DNA from: Cyanophora paradoxa CCMP329
Lineage: Eukaryota; Plantae; Glaucophyta
Length of the DNA: 64,000 nucleotides
NCBI GenBank assembly: GCA_004431415.1
Contig: QPMI01000597.1
Location: 34,131-98,130, forward strand
Reading direction: 5' to 3'
The notes under the pieces are model-generated. The model saw only the letters and a list, made by a program, of their open reading frames with translations, searched no databases and was not told where the DNA came from. Position numbers and translations under genes: made by a program. This document shows positions 46,936 to 60,200 of the stretch, piece by piece; the first letter of the stretch is position 1, and every line of letters starts with the position of its first letter.

Positions 46936-48038
46936 ATGGCGACAGTCCAGCAGAGCGCGGGGCTCGTCCCTTCACCCGAACACTCACCCGAACTCTCGCC
47001 GCAGCCAAAGAACGCGAAGTCCGCGAAATCCTGCGCCGTGTTCAACGTAGATATGCAGTCTGGAGTTGTCCGTGGCTTCTTTCAGGCTTGGAGCAGCAAG
47101 TCGAACTGTTACGAGCTCGTAGGCGGCTCGCGAGCTCTCGTTCACCGCATCTGCATCACAGCACGGCCCCTATCGACGATCCGAATCGAAATAATCGAAG
47201 CAGACAGCCTCCAGCCCGAGACAAAGCCGTTCGCCGACTTTCCCGTCGGCAACTTGGGGCATGGTGGGCTGATACCGCGTGGTTTGGTCGCGTTCGGCAA
47301 GAAGAGCAAGGATGTGAACTTCTTTTCAGTCTCGAATGCCGACGGCAACGGCAACCCTCTGTCAGGGAAGGCCCAGGTGTTCGTCCAGCATTTCGCGGCT
47401 TTCGACAGAGTTGACCGCTGGAACCCGTTCGCCGTCGCTAACGTTGGCGATGTCGGCTCGGTGATTTTGTACTGGAAGAGCTCGCTTCTGTCCTCGTCAT
47501 CGGGCCGTCAGTTCCGGCTGCGCTTCTCATACCTCAGCTGCCCAACCTCCGCCGTGTACACTCCGGCCTTCTGCCTGTTGGGCGCCGTCGGAGGAGCAAC
47601 ACCTGTTCGCTTCAAATTTGAGCAGACTGAGCTCCTTTCGGATTTCGTGAGCCATTCTGAATGAAATTCGTTTGCGGGTTTCTGAATACGTTCGCAGCGC
47701 ATTCCTCCTGCGATCATCAAGGCAGACGGATCCGGAGAACAGCCGGAGTCACCTTTTTCTGCTGCGAGTCTCGCGGACCTTCTCGAGCTCCCTGCTTCGA
47801 TCCCCTCATCTCCGGGGTTCCTCGCGGCAGACATCTCTCACGTGGATCTCGTCGATCTCATTCGCAAGCGCGACGCCAGCAAGGTCGCTGCAGTGATGTG
47901 CCAGCTCGATTTGGATGACATTGCATTCCTTCAGGCAAGCAACCCGCCTGTCCGACTCCTCATGCATCACGTGCTGACCTCGTGTGAAAGCAGGACGCGA
48001 TCCGCAATCGCGAGAACAAGCGGCCTCGCATTGCCTGA
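46936..48038 (+). CDS. hypothetical, probably nuclear protein with a candidate beta-sandwich DNA-binding domain
   Basis: Long low-GC exon containing WKSSLLSSSSGRQFRLRFSYL...VYTPAF. Two introns (GT at ~47647, GC at ~47935) give a C-terminus NKRPRIA*. Start uncertain. Confidence 0.55.
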
Positions 48039-48415
48039 TGGATTGGCTCATGAGCGTCAGTTGCTGTCTTCAAGAGTAGAGACTCGCGCTGGTGGAGACG
48101 AAAGGTTCAGTAGAACCTTTCGCCTCCAGCAGCGCGAGTTTCCCTCTAGTTTGGATAGCAGTTGTGCTTCATCGTGCACGTAGACATAGAAGACTCGTTG
48201 TTTGCTTCTCAGTCGATTTCATGTGTTTGCTTCAGAACTACGCCCTTCCCAAAATATTTCCAGATTGATTCTCTCGGCATTAAGGGTGTTCGACTCCAAT
48301 ATTAATGCTATAGCTAGGGTCGCAAAACTGCGTTTTCGCCGGCCATGATTTTAATCTGCTTGTCTGCATGTAGCCTAGAAGCATCGATTTGTAATTGATT
48401 AAGCATATACTTTGC

Positions 48416-50988
48416 TCAGAACTTCGTCTGTGGGCAGACATGGTTCTTCGATTCGGCGTGATGCAGCCGCCGCTGGGTACGGCAGTTCCTGCCCCACCTG
48501 CGAATTCCAACGAATCGGACGGGCGCTGGGAGGGCCTTCGGGGGCCTGCGGATCCGGAGGCGGGGCGGGCGCACCAGCAGTCTTCGCGCTGGCGAATGTT
48601 CTGGGGCAGTTCGGCGGCCGGGATGGCCCGCCGCGCCTACGCGGTGGGTGTTACTCGGAGAGGGCCGGCCGTGGAGAGGCAGGGAGGGGCACGCCGCGCC
48701 GCGCCGCACCTCGTACAGGAGCTCACGGAAGACGGCGGCCGCGCACTCCCGGCAGGCCGGGCTCGCCCCGTTGGCCTCCACCTCGCCCCCGCGGGGCGCC
48801 CCCGGGGCGGCCCCCTCGGAGAACGTGACTTCGAGGCCCTGCATCCTGCCGGCGGCCACTCCTGCCGGCGGCGGGGCGTCGGCGCATGCAACCGGAGCGC
48901 AGGAGGGGCGAGGGGCGCGCTGCGCACGGAGCGAGGCCTCGCCCCGGTCGGCGCTGCCGAGGAGCTCCCGCACGAGCTCCTCCGGCGCCCGCCCCTTCTG
49001 CGCGCACCACGCCGCCAGCACGCCCCGCTCCACGCTGGCCCCGCCGTCTCGCCCGGCGCGGGGCGGTGCCGGGCGGGCGGGCGGCTCGCCTGTTTTGGTT
49101 GATGATCTCGTCGGGAAGCTGCCCGCCCAGCCGCAGCGCGTCGGGGCCCCACGGTGCGTGCTCCCTGCCCCCTCGCCGCGTCACCAAGGCGGGAAGGGCC
49201 TCCGGAGTGGGGCGCGCACCGCAGGGGCTGCAGGTGCAGGAAGCGCGGGGCGGGGCAGGCGTCGGCGGGGAAGTAGCGGTTGCAGAAGGCCGCGCGGCAG
49301 AAGGCGCCTGCGCCCCGGGAGCTCGCGGCGGCGCTCGGCCGGCACGGGCGCGCAGGCGGGAGGAGGCCGACGCACAGCGGATGGCCCGCGCCTCGCCCAC
49401 GTCGTCCCGCGCGGGGACGCACCGGACGCAATTCCTGCACCGCCTGCCCCCCGCATTGCGATTAGCCGCAGCCTCCGCCTTCGAGCGGCGCCGGCGCACA
49501 GGTGCGCCGCGTTCGGGCCGCACTGGTGTCCGTCCAGCCCTGCGGAGGCGCGCGAAGTTAGATGGGGCAGGGAGGGGACTGCGATTGGCGGGGCTGGTCC
49601 AATGCTCGCCTGGCGCTGTGCACTCCGGGCAGGGCGGCTGCGAGGGGGGGGGGGGGGGGGGGGGGAACCGGGGTCAGGCGGGGGGGGGGGGGGGCTCCTC
49701 GGGCGGCGTCGGCACCGGCTCGTCCTCCTCCTCCTCGCCGCTGTCGCCGCTGCCGCTCCCCTCCGAGCCCTCGTCCATCTGCGCGCTTCAGGCGAGGCGC
49801 GGCGGCGCCGCCGGCCCCACGCACGCCCGGCGACCTCCTCCTCCTCCGCCGGCGTGCCTGAGCCGCCGGCGTGACGCTTCAGGGGCGCGGAGGGGGGGCT
49901 GGAGGGCGGGGTGGTACCTCAGCGTTGGCGGCCGAGTCGAGGGGCCCGTCGGCGAGGCCGGCGCCGGCCTCGTCGGCCTCCTGCGGGGGCGGGGCGTCGG
50001 GGGAGGGCCAGGTCGAGCGGGGCGCGGGCGGCGGGCCTTCAGCTCGTCCGCGCTCTTCTTCGCCCCCGGGTTCGCCGCCAGGAATGCGTCTGCGGCGCAG
50101 CGGGTGAGGACCGGCCGGCTTCGGCGCCGGCGGGGGGGCCTCGAACCCGTCAGGCTCGTGAGTTTGGCGTTCGGTCGGACCTCGGTTACGAGATCGGGGC
50201 ACCTGTAGGGGCAGTTCTTGGAGCGCTGAAGCCACTCCGCGGCGCAGCCTCTGCAGAAGCTGTGCAAGCACGGAATGAAGCTGATCGGCTTGTAGAAATG
50301 CCCGTGGCAAATGCCGCAAGTGAGCTCCTCCATCATGCTCGCGTTTAGGGCGCGGCTGGCGCCGTCGGAGGGCCCCGCAGCAGGAGGCGCGGGGGCGGCT
50401 GGCGAGGAAGCCGGCGCCGGCGCAGACGGCTCTGGATCTTCTGCATCGTCCAATACCTGCGTGCACCCCCCTTCGGCGCTCGGCCTCGCGGGCTCAGCTG
50501 CCTCGAGCTGCAGCGTCCAGCTGACCCACTCTGCGATCGGGGTTACTAGTTAAGAACTGCTCTCGTCCTTGGTGCATACTGTTCTGGTCCTTGGCCTTCT
50601 CGAGGGAAGCATAACCTAACGAGAGCAGGTCTCCATCGTTGAGCTGGGTCCTCACGCCCTTCTCCAACCTTTTCGAGTTTACGTACGTGCCGTTGGACGA
50701 GAGGTCCGTCGCAGCGCTGCGACGGAACTCTGATCATGAGCGCGCAGCCTGGCACGGAGGGCCAGCTCACATGGAGCCGTTTTCGACGTCGACTCTCAGA
50801 TGCAGGCCCGACACGTGCTTCAGGTTGGCGTTCAGGCGGTAATCATCGCCCAGGCTCTCATCCCTCCCGATCGTAACACTCCCCCCATCCACCAGCACGA
50901 CGTCGCTGCATACGTGGCTGACAGCGCGGAGGCGCGGTACTGAACATGCGATTTCCGTCCGGCGGCGCTTGCTGCTCGGCTCCGCCAT
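48416..50988 (-). CDS. CHFR: E3 ubiquitin ligase CHFR (FHA, RING, Cys-rich region, PBZ)
   Basis: FHA: VTIGR..VSGLH..TDLSSNGTYVN. RING: ELTCGICHGHFYKPISFIPCLHSFCRGC. C-terminus: CRECAAAVFRELLY and WGRNCRTQRRLHHAESKNHVCPQTKF. Confidence 0.93.
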
Positions 50989-51369
50989 CGCCCGTTGCCT
51001 GTTCGGTAGGTGTACCCCCTCTCACTGCTCTCAGAATCAGCTCTCTCCGCCCAAACGAGACCATTCTTGGGCGCGCGGGTCGTGTAAAGCGTCCATAAAA
51101 GAATTAACTCGCTTTTAGCTGCGTCGGCCTCGTGCTTTTCTGGCATCGACGACCCGTGCAGTCGATGATGCGGTGGCCATGGGGGGTACTCGGCTTGTTG
51201 GCCAACACGGGTCCCAGTCCTTCGCCTTCCGCGGGCGCCGCCCCTCAAGGGGCTTGGCCAGCTTCCGACGAGCTTGAAGCCTGCAGGACGCTCCCCGCGT
51301 CCGCGCGGCGGCATCGACGGCGGTCGCGTACGTTCGAAGGAAGAAACTGGACAACAGCAGCGAACAACC

Positions 51370-53502
51370 ATGGAAGTTAATCTCTCACTCCGTGCCGAAA
51401 CGCGTTGGGGCGAATCAGTCCACGTCTCTGGAAGCACCACAAGTTTCGGGAGGTGGCAGAAGCGCATTCCTTTGATTACAACACCCGAGACGTGCGTCTT
51501 TGAGCTTGTATTATAGCGCGGACGCGCGGCATTTGCCGTCGTCTCCCGTGCAAAGTGGTTGTCGAAGACTGATACCTCCTTAGCTACCCCCTGTGGACGG
51601 GAACGATTACAGTTGCAAGCGGCGAGTCTGTGGACTACAAATATATAATCTGCACTGGCCCGAACGGCGAGAATGTTGCGCGCTGGGAGGGTTTCCCAGG
51701 TGGGGCTTTGCACGGCCGACCGTCCGCGCATCCGTCCAGCGGACTCGCGTTATTAACTGCTTCACAGGAAATCGCCTCTACGTCTTCCCTCGCGGCCGAT
51801 CCCGTCTTTTCATAGACGATGGCGACTTCGGGGCATACAGTGAGCCTGTGTTGTTCTTGGGCATGCAGGCGGCTTCGACTCTTCCTGCTGTTTAGATGCA
51901 CGCATACCGCGTCGTCGGCGGGGTTTCGGGCGCTCAATCGCCACGGCGCTCACCCCCGCCCACAGATCCACAGATCCGCCTGAAGAACCTCGAGACGATG
52001 CTCGCCGAGGCCGAGATGGACGCTCGCGTACCATCGGAATCGGACGGCCTCGGTCAGCCCGCTGTCTGCGACAAACCAGACGATGCCGGCGTCCCGGCCT
52101 GCCCCCGCATGGCCGCGGCTCCCTCCTCGCCATCCCCCGCTGCCTCGTCTTCCTCCGTCACTTCTCAGCCCTCCTCTCCGCACTCCGCTCCTCTCTCCTC
52201 CGCGACCGCGGCGGCGGTCGCAGCCTCGCGCGGCGCAGCTTTCACGAACGGGTTCGCCCTGCAGCACGCCGGAGCGAACGTCTTCGTGCCGCAGATGTCA
52301 ATGAACGGCGCCGCTACAAACGGCGTCGTCCCATACTCGAACGGCAACGGCAACGGTGTCGCGCACAGCAGCGGCAGCAGCAGCAACGGCGTGGTGCCCT
52401 GCGTCAATGGGGCGAACGGGGCCGGTCCTCCCTCCACTCCATGGGCAAAGCCGCAGCCCGTTGTTGCGTCGCCACAAAAGTTCATCTCGACCCGTGCGCT
52501 CCTCTCTCTTTCCATGTCTTCGAAAGGAATTTGATCTCTTCTCCAGCCCCCAACGGCCGGCAGCGCAATTCGCCAACGGCGCCTTCAATTTTGAAGTTCG
52601 GCAAGAAGAACGAGGTTAGCGTGCGTGGGTCATTCTCCAGTACGTCACCCGCTGATCCGCGTGCAGCCGTACTATGAGCTTTCCAACCTGGCGGAGGGCT
52701 ACCCGGTCAAGCTGGGCGGCCGCACGTGGCCCTCGGCCGAGCACTACTATCAGGCGCAGAAGTTCGGAGGCAACGAGCTCCTCATATACCGGTCCGCCTC
52801 CGCGCGGTGGCCGCGCGGTCGTGCCGCCCACGCTCGGCACAGGCTGCTCGGCCTGCCGCGGCCGCAAGACGCGGGCGAATTCGCGAAGAAGCACATCCCC
52901 GAGATCCGCAACGACTGGGAGTTCGTCAAGCCGAACGTGCGCCGCGCCGCTCGCCTCGGCAGCTCGCGGCCCCGCCCCGCCGACGCGGCGCGGCAGGCGA
53001 TGTACGCGGCGGTGAAGGCGAAGTTCGAGCAGCACGCGCCGCTGCGGGCGCTGCTGCTCGAGACCGTCGGCTCCACGCTCGTCATGCAGGCCGAGGAGGG
53101 CAACTTCCTCGGGCGCAAGGACGAGTACGGCGAGAACATGCTCGGTCCGCCGCCGCCGCGTTGCGCGCCCCGCAGCTGCGTTGCGCTGACGCCGCCGCCG
53201 CGCCAGGGCGCATCCTGATGATCGTGCGAGAGGACTTGCGGCGGGCGGAGCAGACGCAGAGCCCCTGGGAGATGCACGCTGCCTCCAACGGCGTCCACCA
53301 CCCCGCCGCCAACGGCGTCCACCACCACTACACGAACGGGGTCGCCCTGCAAGCCCAGCCGCACATCGCAAACGGCTACGCCAACGGGAGCGCCCTGCAG
53401 GGTCAGCCCCACATCGCAAACGGATTCGGCGCGCATGTGAACGGCTTCGCGCATGCTGGTCAGTACCAGCACATGAACGGAATGCATGGCAACGGGCACT
53501 GA
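51370..53502 (+). CDS. CBM20 starch-binding domain plus NADAR (YbiA-like) domain protein
   Basis: CBM20: AETRWGESVHVSGS..FGRW..T|YPLWTG..VDYKYII..RWEGFP|GNR. NADAR: FGKKNE|PYYELSNL..WPSAEHYYQAQKF..RNDWEFVK..AKFEQHAPLRALLLET..GENMLG|RILMIVRE. The junction at ~51833-51895 is inferred. Confidence 0.82.
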
Positions 53503-54238
53503 GCGTTCGGCGTGCCCTTGCGTCTTTCATTTCAACACTAGCTTTGTCAGATCGAGCTCCCTTCCTCTTTGTCGTCGCTTCTCCTTCTTGTCTACAGTCA
53601 CAGCCTCCGCAGTGCATCGTTTTCTTCTCATGATATTTTTGTCTTCCCTTGTAAAGAGCGCCTCTATCAACACAGCAGGAACTGAACACGCTTACTAGGT
53701 AGTAGTTTCCGTACGGTAGTCTACAGCTGTACGTCCTGTATCCTACACAACATTTTGTGAACAGATCATCTGGTCAATTGATTGATTGCGAGTCTTCTAG
53801 GCTTCATGATCAGCGCTAGCCGCAGCTTGGCAATGTGCCACACTGTAACAGTGCCGCGCAGTGCTTGGCCATGGCGCCGGCGGCATCGGCCCATGCGTAT
53901 GCGTGCGCGCGCACGTCAACTCTCGAAGTCCCTGACGCCATGGCCAAGCACTGCGCTGTGCCAGTGTGCACATGGTCTGACGCCGTGACGTCGACGGTCC
54001 CATTCCCAACAAACACGCGCCCTAAACTTCGGATTTTCAACGGTTCTACGGTTGCCAGTTGCAATTGCAACGCCTCGATCATCGGGTCGCGCAACCGTGA
54101 ACAGGCAAGCCGGTGTGCGTCGCGGCGCCGGCGTCGTCGGACGCTGGAGCTCGCGCCAGCAGAGTACGTGGCACGCACTACTCGTATTTTCCTCGGGCGG
54201 AGTACCGGTACAGTGAGGCGGGGGAGGGAGGGGGCCGC

Positions 54239-57200
54239 TCAGGCAGGGGCCGCCGCCGAAAGCTTCGCGAGGTCGTCCCTCAGCTCCAGGGTGCGGGCGC
54301 GGGGGTCGACAGCGGGGTACCCCTCCTGTCGGGCGCGGCCCCCGTCGGCGGCGCCACGGGGGGGGGGGGGGGGGGCGCACGTGCATGGGGAGGAATCCGT
54401 CGGCGGCGAGCTGGCGGCGCATGCGCTCCTGCTCGTCGTGCACGCGCAGCAGCTCCTTGGCGAGGCGGGAGACGCGGCCCTGCATCCCTGCGCCAGCCGG
54501 CGCTCGGCCGGCCGCGGGGCGGCGCGCTGCGGGGCGGGGCGGGCGCACGCTCGCTGCTCTGCTGCATGCGCTTCGAGTCGGAAAGGATGGAGGGGCCGTG
54601 CCTCCGCGTCGCCTTCGCCTCCGCCGCGTCCGCCGCGAACGGGTGCGGCCCGGCCGGCGCCCCGGCCGCTCCTCGGCCGGCTCCTCGCCGGCCGCCGCGT
54701 CGGGGAGGGGTCGTGGAGCGCGGGGCTGCAGGCGAGCGGGCCGCGGGCCGAGTGCTCAGTTCGACGCCGCGCCAGAGGATGCCCGCTCGCCCCCTCAAAA
54801 AACGACCCCGGCCAGACCACCTGGCGCCGCCCGCGCCCCTCCCCGGGCCGCTCCCGGGTCGTGCGGCACCGCCTCCCCGCCGCGCCCATCCTGCGCCGGC
54901 CCGTCACGCGCGCCAGGCGGGCGGGTGCGGGCCCCGCACCTGGCCGCCGGCCGACGGAGCGGCGGCGGGGGCCGAGGAGGGCCGCATGGGGGCGGGGCGG
55001 GGCGGGGAGCGGGCGGGAGGACGGTGACGGCGGGGGCTGGCGGGCGGCGCGCAGCTCGTAGGCCATCGCGGTGGCGGCGGCGCTGGGCGGGCCTTGAGGA
55101 GGCGTTCGGAGGCGGCGAGGAGGTGGCGCAGCTCGGACTCGAGCGCCGCGTGGCTCGCCGCGTAGTCCTGCCGCCGCGTCCACTCCCGCTCCAGGTCCCG
55201 CCGCGTCCGCGCCAGCTGCCGCTCGTACTCCATGCCCCGCGCCCGCGCCTCCAGCGCCGAGCGCGCCGGCGAGCCGCCCGCCCCGGCGCGGGTCGGCGAC
55301 CGCGGGCCGCCGCATCCGCGGGGTGGCCCTCGGGCGGGGCCGCCCGGCGGCTCGTCGTCGTCGGGGTGGGCTCCTGCGGGAGGGCGAGGGGGCCGGGGAG
55401 GCGGCGGCGCCCCAGGCGACCGAGGAGCGGGCGCTGGCGACGGAGGCGCGCATGTTCGCCACCGAGCCCGACGAGGCCCGCACGTTCCCGCCCCGCCCCG
55501 CCCCGCCCCGCCCACCGGCCCCGCCCGCTCCCCCTCCGCCAGCGTCTTCCGCAGCAGCGCGCTCTCCCGCTGCAGGGCGTCCTGCCCGCCCCGCCCCGGG
55601 CGGCGTCAGTCAGGGGCGCGGCGGGCGGGCGGGCGGGCGGCTCGCAGGGACGCACGGAGAGGCTGCGCTCGCGCGCGAGTCGGTCCTTCAGGTCCGCCAC
55701 CTCGGCCGCCTCCTTCCCCGACCCCGCCCCGCCCGCCGCCGCCGCCGCCGCCGCCTTGGCCTCGGCCGCCTCCTTCGCCGCCGACGCGGCCGCCTCGGCG
55801 GCGCGGGCCTCGGCGGCCGCCTCCTCGGCGCGGCGGGCGCGGCCTCGGCGGCGGCGGCGGCCTCCTGCGCGGCCTTGAGGCGCTCCTCGGCGGCGGCGGC
55901 GCGCTCCTCGGCGGCGGCGAGGGCGCCGAGCTGCTCGTCGACGGAGCGGCGGAGCTCCTCCTTCTCCTTGCGCTGCTTCTCCGCGAGGCGCGCCTGCAGC
56001 TCGCGCTCCTGCGCCGCGCGCCGCAGCCGCTCCTCGAAGTCCGCCTCCAGCCGCTGCCGCTGCTCCACCAGCTTCTCCTCCACATCCGCCGCCGACGCCC
56101 CGGCGCCGCCCGACGCCGGCGCCCTCCTTCGCCGCCGCCGCCGCCGCCGCCGCCGCGCGCTCGGCCTCGAGGGCGCGCAGGCGTTCCTCGGCGCGGGCGC
56201 GCTCCTCGGCGGCGCGGGCGCGCTCGGCGGCGGCCTCGGCGCGGGCGGCGTCGAGCTCGGCGGCGTGGCGCTTGGCGTGCTCGGCGAGCGTCTCCGCGAC
56301 CTCCTTGACCTGCTCCACGTACCCCCGCAGGCTCTTCATCGCCACCTTCACCTTGACCTTCACCTCCCCCGCCGCCTTCTCCTCGGCCTTCGCCTCCTCC
56401 CCCGCCACCTTCGGCGGGCTCGCCCGCTTCAGCGTCAGCCTGCGCCGCCCCGGCCCGTCAGAGCGCCGGGCGCGCGGGGCGGCGTGCGGCGGGGGCGTGC
56501 GGACCAGCGCTCCTCCTCGAAGTCGGCGGGGGCGCCGAGGAGGCCCCGCGAGGCGTCGCGGCTCTCGAGGAGGCCCTTGAAGTCGCTCAGCTGCGCCTCG
56601 GCGCGCCCGTGGCCCGAGACGACGACGGAGAGCGCCCGGTCCTCCGCCGCCTCGAAGAGCCACTCCGCGTCCCCCGCCCACGCCGGCGCCGCCCCTGGCA
56701 CCAGCGGCGCGCTGTACGCCCGCCGCTCCCCGCTGCACGAGACCGTGCACGTGACCTCCCCCGCCCCCGCCTCCACCCCCGACGCCCCCGTCACCTCCAC
56801 CAGCAGCACGCCGCCGCGGCGGGCGGCGGCGGCGGCCTGGGCGGCGGCGCGCTTGGCCTCCTGCTGGGCGCGGCGGAGCTTGAAGCGCTCGAGGTCGAGC
56901 TGGGCGCGGGCGACGGCGAGGTCGGCCTCGGGGTCCCCCGTCTCGGGGCCCCACTGGAAGCGGAGGCCGAGGAGGGCCTGGCCCTGCGGCTCCAGCACCA
57001 CCCAGTTCTCCGCCGCGAGGGTCGCCGAGCTGAAGGCCTCCGAGATCGGCACCTGCCGCCCCGTCCGCACCGCCGGGCCCTCCTCCTCCTCCTCCACCAG
57101 CTCCACCTGCCCCCCGCCCCGCGCCCCGTGAGCCCCGCCCCGCGCCAGGCCGGCGGGCGGCGCGCCTTCAGCTCGTCCTCCATGGCGTAGACGGGGAGGC

Positions 57201-60200
57201 GCAGCTCGAGCTCGGGCTTGTTGTTGCCCGAGGGCCACGCCGCCCGCGCCGCCTTCCCCCGCAGCGTCGCCACGCAGAAGGCTGCGCCCACGATCGCGAT
57301 CGGCGCCGGGGGTGGCGCAGGGCGGGCGCCGGGGCGGGCGGGCGCACAGGAGCCGGCGGGGAGCATCGGCAGGCCCCGCACTTCCTTGACCGTCGCCGTC
57401 AGCTCCCCGATCGCCATCGCGCCCTTCCCCGCCGCCTTTGCCGCCGGCGCGGGGGCTGGGGTCGGGGCCGGGGCGGAGCGGGCGGCCTCGGCGGCGGCCT
57501 CGGCGGCGGCGGCGGCCTGGCGGGCGGCGGCGGCGTCGCGGCGGGCGGCCTCGGCCTCGGCCTCGAGCTTGGCGGCGCGGGCCTCCGCCTCGAAGCGCGA
57601 GCGGCGCTCCGACTCGAGGCCCTCCGTGAGGTGCTTCGCCAGCTCCTTCTGCTGCGCCAGCTCCTCCCGCGCCCCCGCCGCCTCCCGCCCCGCTCCTCCG
57701 CCTCCCGCAGCCGCCCCGCCTCCTCCTTGAGCCGCGCCGCCTCCTCGCGGCCCCGGCGCGCCTCCTCGCGGGCCGCCGCCAGCTCCCCCGCAGCTCGTCC
57801 GCCTCCGCCCGCGCCGCCTTCACCGCCGCCTCGTCCGCCTTGGGGGCCGGGGCCGCCGGGGCCGCGGCGGGGGGGCGGGCGCGGGGCGTGAAGGCGAACT
57901 TGAGGAGGAGGTCCCCCTTGATGTTCTTGTCCTTGCCGCCGGCGCGCGGGGCGAGCGGGAGGGCGCGCTCGGCGGCCGCGCCGGCCTGGAGGGCGGGTAG
58001 GATGTCGGAGAGGGGCACGCGGGCCTCCCCCAGGAAGTCGTCCCTGCCCGCCCGTCAGCGAGCCCGGCGGGGCGGCGGGGGGGCGGGCGGGGGCGGGCGC
58101 GCGTGAAGCCGATGTCCTTGTCGAAGACGTGCACCACGAGCGTCGCGTCCTCCCGCAGCACGTGGCTGCCCCGCCCCGCCCCGTCAGAGCCCCCAAGGGG
58201 GAGGGGGAGGCGCGAGGAGGGCGCACAAGCTGTACGTCTCGTTCCAGACGGGGTCGAGGTTGTTGTCGACGACCTTGGTGCGGTGGCGCTGCGGCTCCAC
58301 GGCGCTGTCGCCCACCTCCTGGAGGGTGAGGACGGCGTACGGGTCGCTCTTCCCCACCGCGTCCTTGTTCGCCAGGCCCTTGGCGCCCTGCGCCGTCACC
58401 ACCAGCGTCCCCAGGCTCGCCAGCTGCATCAGCTCCTCCCGCTCCCCGCCCGCCACCTTCCTGCCCTCCTTCCCCTTCTCCTCCTTCTTCTCCTCGGGCT
58501 TGGCGGGGGCGGCGGGGGCGGCGGCGGCGGCCTCGGCGCGGATCTCGGCGCGGGTGCGCTCCTCCCACTGGGAACGGAGGCGGGCCTCGCCCTCCTCCCA
58601 CTCCTTGCGGGCCTTGGCGAGCTCCTCCTTGACCTTGCCCGTGAAGCGCTCGCGCTCCCGCTCCAGGTCCTCCTCGGCCTGCGTCTCGAACTCGTGCCGC
58701 ATGCGCGCCACCGCCGCCTCGCGCTCCTCCCGCGCCTGGCGCTCCCACGTCTTCCGCAGCCGCGCGATCCCCTCCGCCGTCGCCCCGGACCCGTCGTCCG
58801 AGCTCCGCAGCGCCCCGGCCCCCTCCCCGGGGGCCCCCGCCTTGGCGGCGGCGGCGGCGGCGGCGGCGGCCTCGAGCTCCTTGGCGCGCTCCTCGGCCTT
58901 CTTGCGGAGGGCGCGCTCCTCCTGCACCTTCTTCTCCGCCTTCTCCATGACCTCCCGCCCGTACGCCTCCTGCTGCTCCCGCCGCCCCTTCTCCCGCCGC
59001 CAGCGCCCCTCGAGCTCCCCGTACTGCTTCTCGAGGCGCGCGAAGCGCTCCTCGGGGGGCAGGCTCTCGGGGATCGCCGCGGGGCCGCCCAGCTGGCCCT
59101 CCTTGGAGGGCGACGGGCCCCCGGCCCCCAGCAGCGCCAGCGCCGACTGCGACGCCGCCGGGCTCTCCTCCCCCGGCCCCTCCCCCGACGCCCGCGCCCG
59201 CTCCCGCTCCGCCTCCCACTCGCGCCGCGCCGCCTCGACCGCCGCCCCGCGCTCCTCGCGGAGGCGCGCCTCCCGCGCGGCCGCCTCGCCGCGCTCGCGC
59301 TCGAGCGCCGCCTGCGCCTCCGCCGCCCGCCGCCGCTCCTCGGCGACCTTCTTCTCGTACGCCTCGAGCGACTGCGCCGCCCACTCGGAGCGCTCCTGGC
59401 GGAGCTTCTTCTCCTTCTCCAGCTTCTCCTCGAGCTCCTTCACCTGCTCCTCCAGCGCCTTGACCCGCGCCGCCTCCGCCCCGGGCGCGCCGGCCCCGGG
59501 GGCGGCGGCGGCGCGGCGGCGCTCCTCGGCGAGGGCGCGCTCGTGGCCCTCGCGCTCCGCGCGCAGCTGCGCCTCGAGCTCCGCCACGCGCCCCGCAGCG
59601 CCCCCGCCTCGCCCCCGCCGCCCCCGACCGGGCCCGCCCGAAGAGCGCCTCGTGCTCCTCCGGCGTCGCCAGCGCGCGCCCCACCTGCGCCGCCCCGCGT
59701 GAGCCGCGTGACGGCGGGCCGGCAGGTGGCGCCGCCGGGGTGCGGGCGGCGCGCCTCCGCAGCGCGCTCGCGGTCGACGGCCTCCGCGTGGGCCGGCAGG
59801 ACAAGGAGGGGCCCGAAGGCGCGCCCCGCCGCTTCGGCGGCCGCCTGCTTCCCGTGCTGGGCCTGCACGTAGCTCGCGAGGAAGGCCCCGACGGCCCGGA
59901 TCAGCGCCCGATTCGCCGCGGGGATCGCCTGCAGGACGGACGCCAGCGCCGCCACCCTCCCCTTCGCCTCGCGCGCGTCTGCCGCCCCGCGTCAGCTGGG
60001 CCGGGAGGGCGGGGCGGCGGTCGGCGGGCGGGGCACCGGAGGCGGCGAGGGCGTCCCTGGCGCGGGCGCCGGTGAAGGGCGGGTCGGGCAGCTCGCGCAG
60101 GTACAGCTTGAGGACCTCCGCCACGACGGGCACGTCGCTGCGGTCCAGCTCCAGCGACGCCTCCCGCTCGCCCCCGTCCAGCGCCCTCCTTAGGGCGCCC

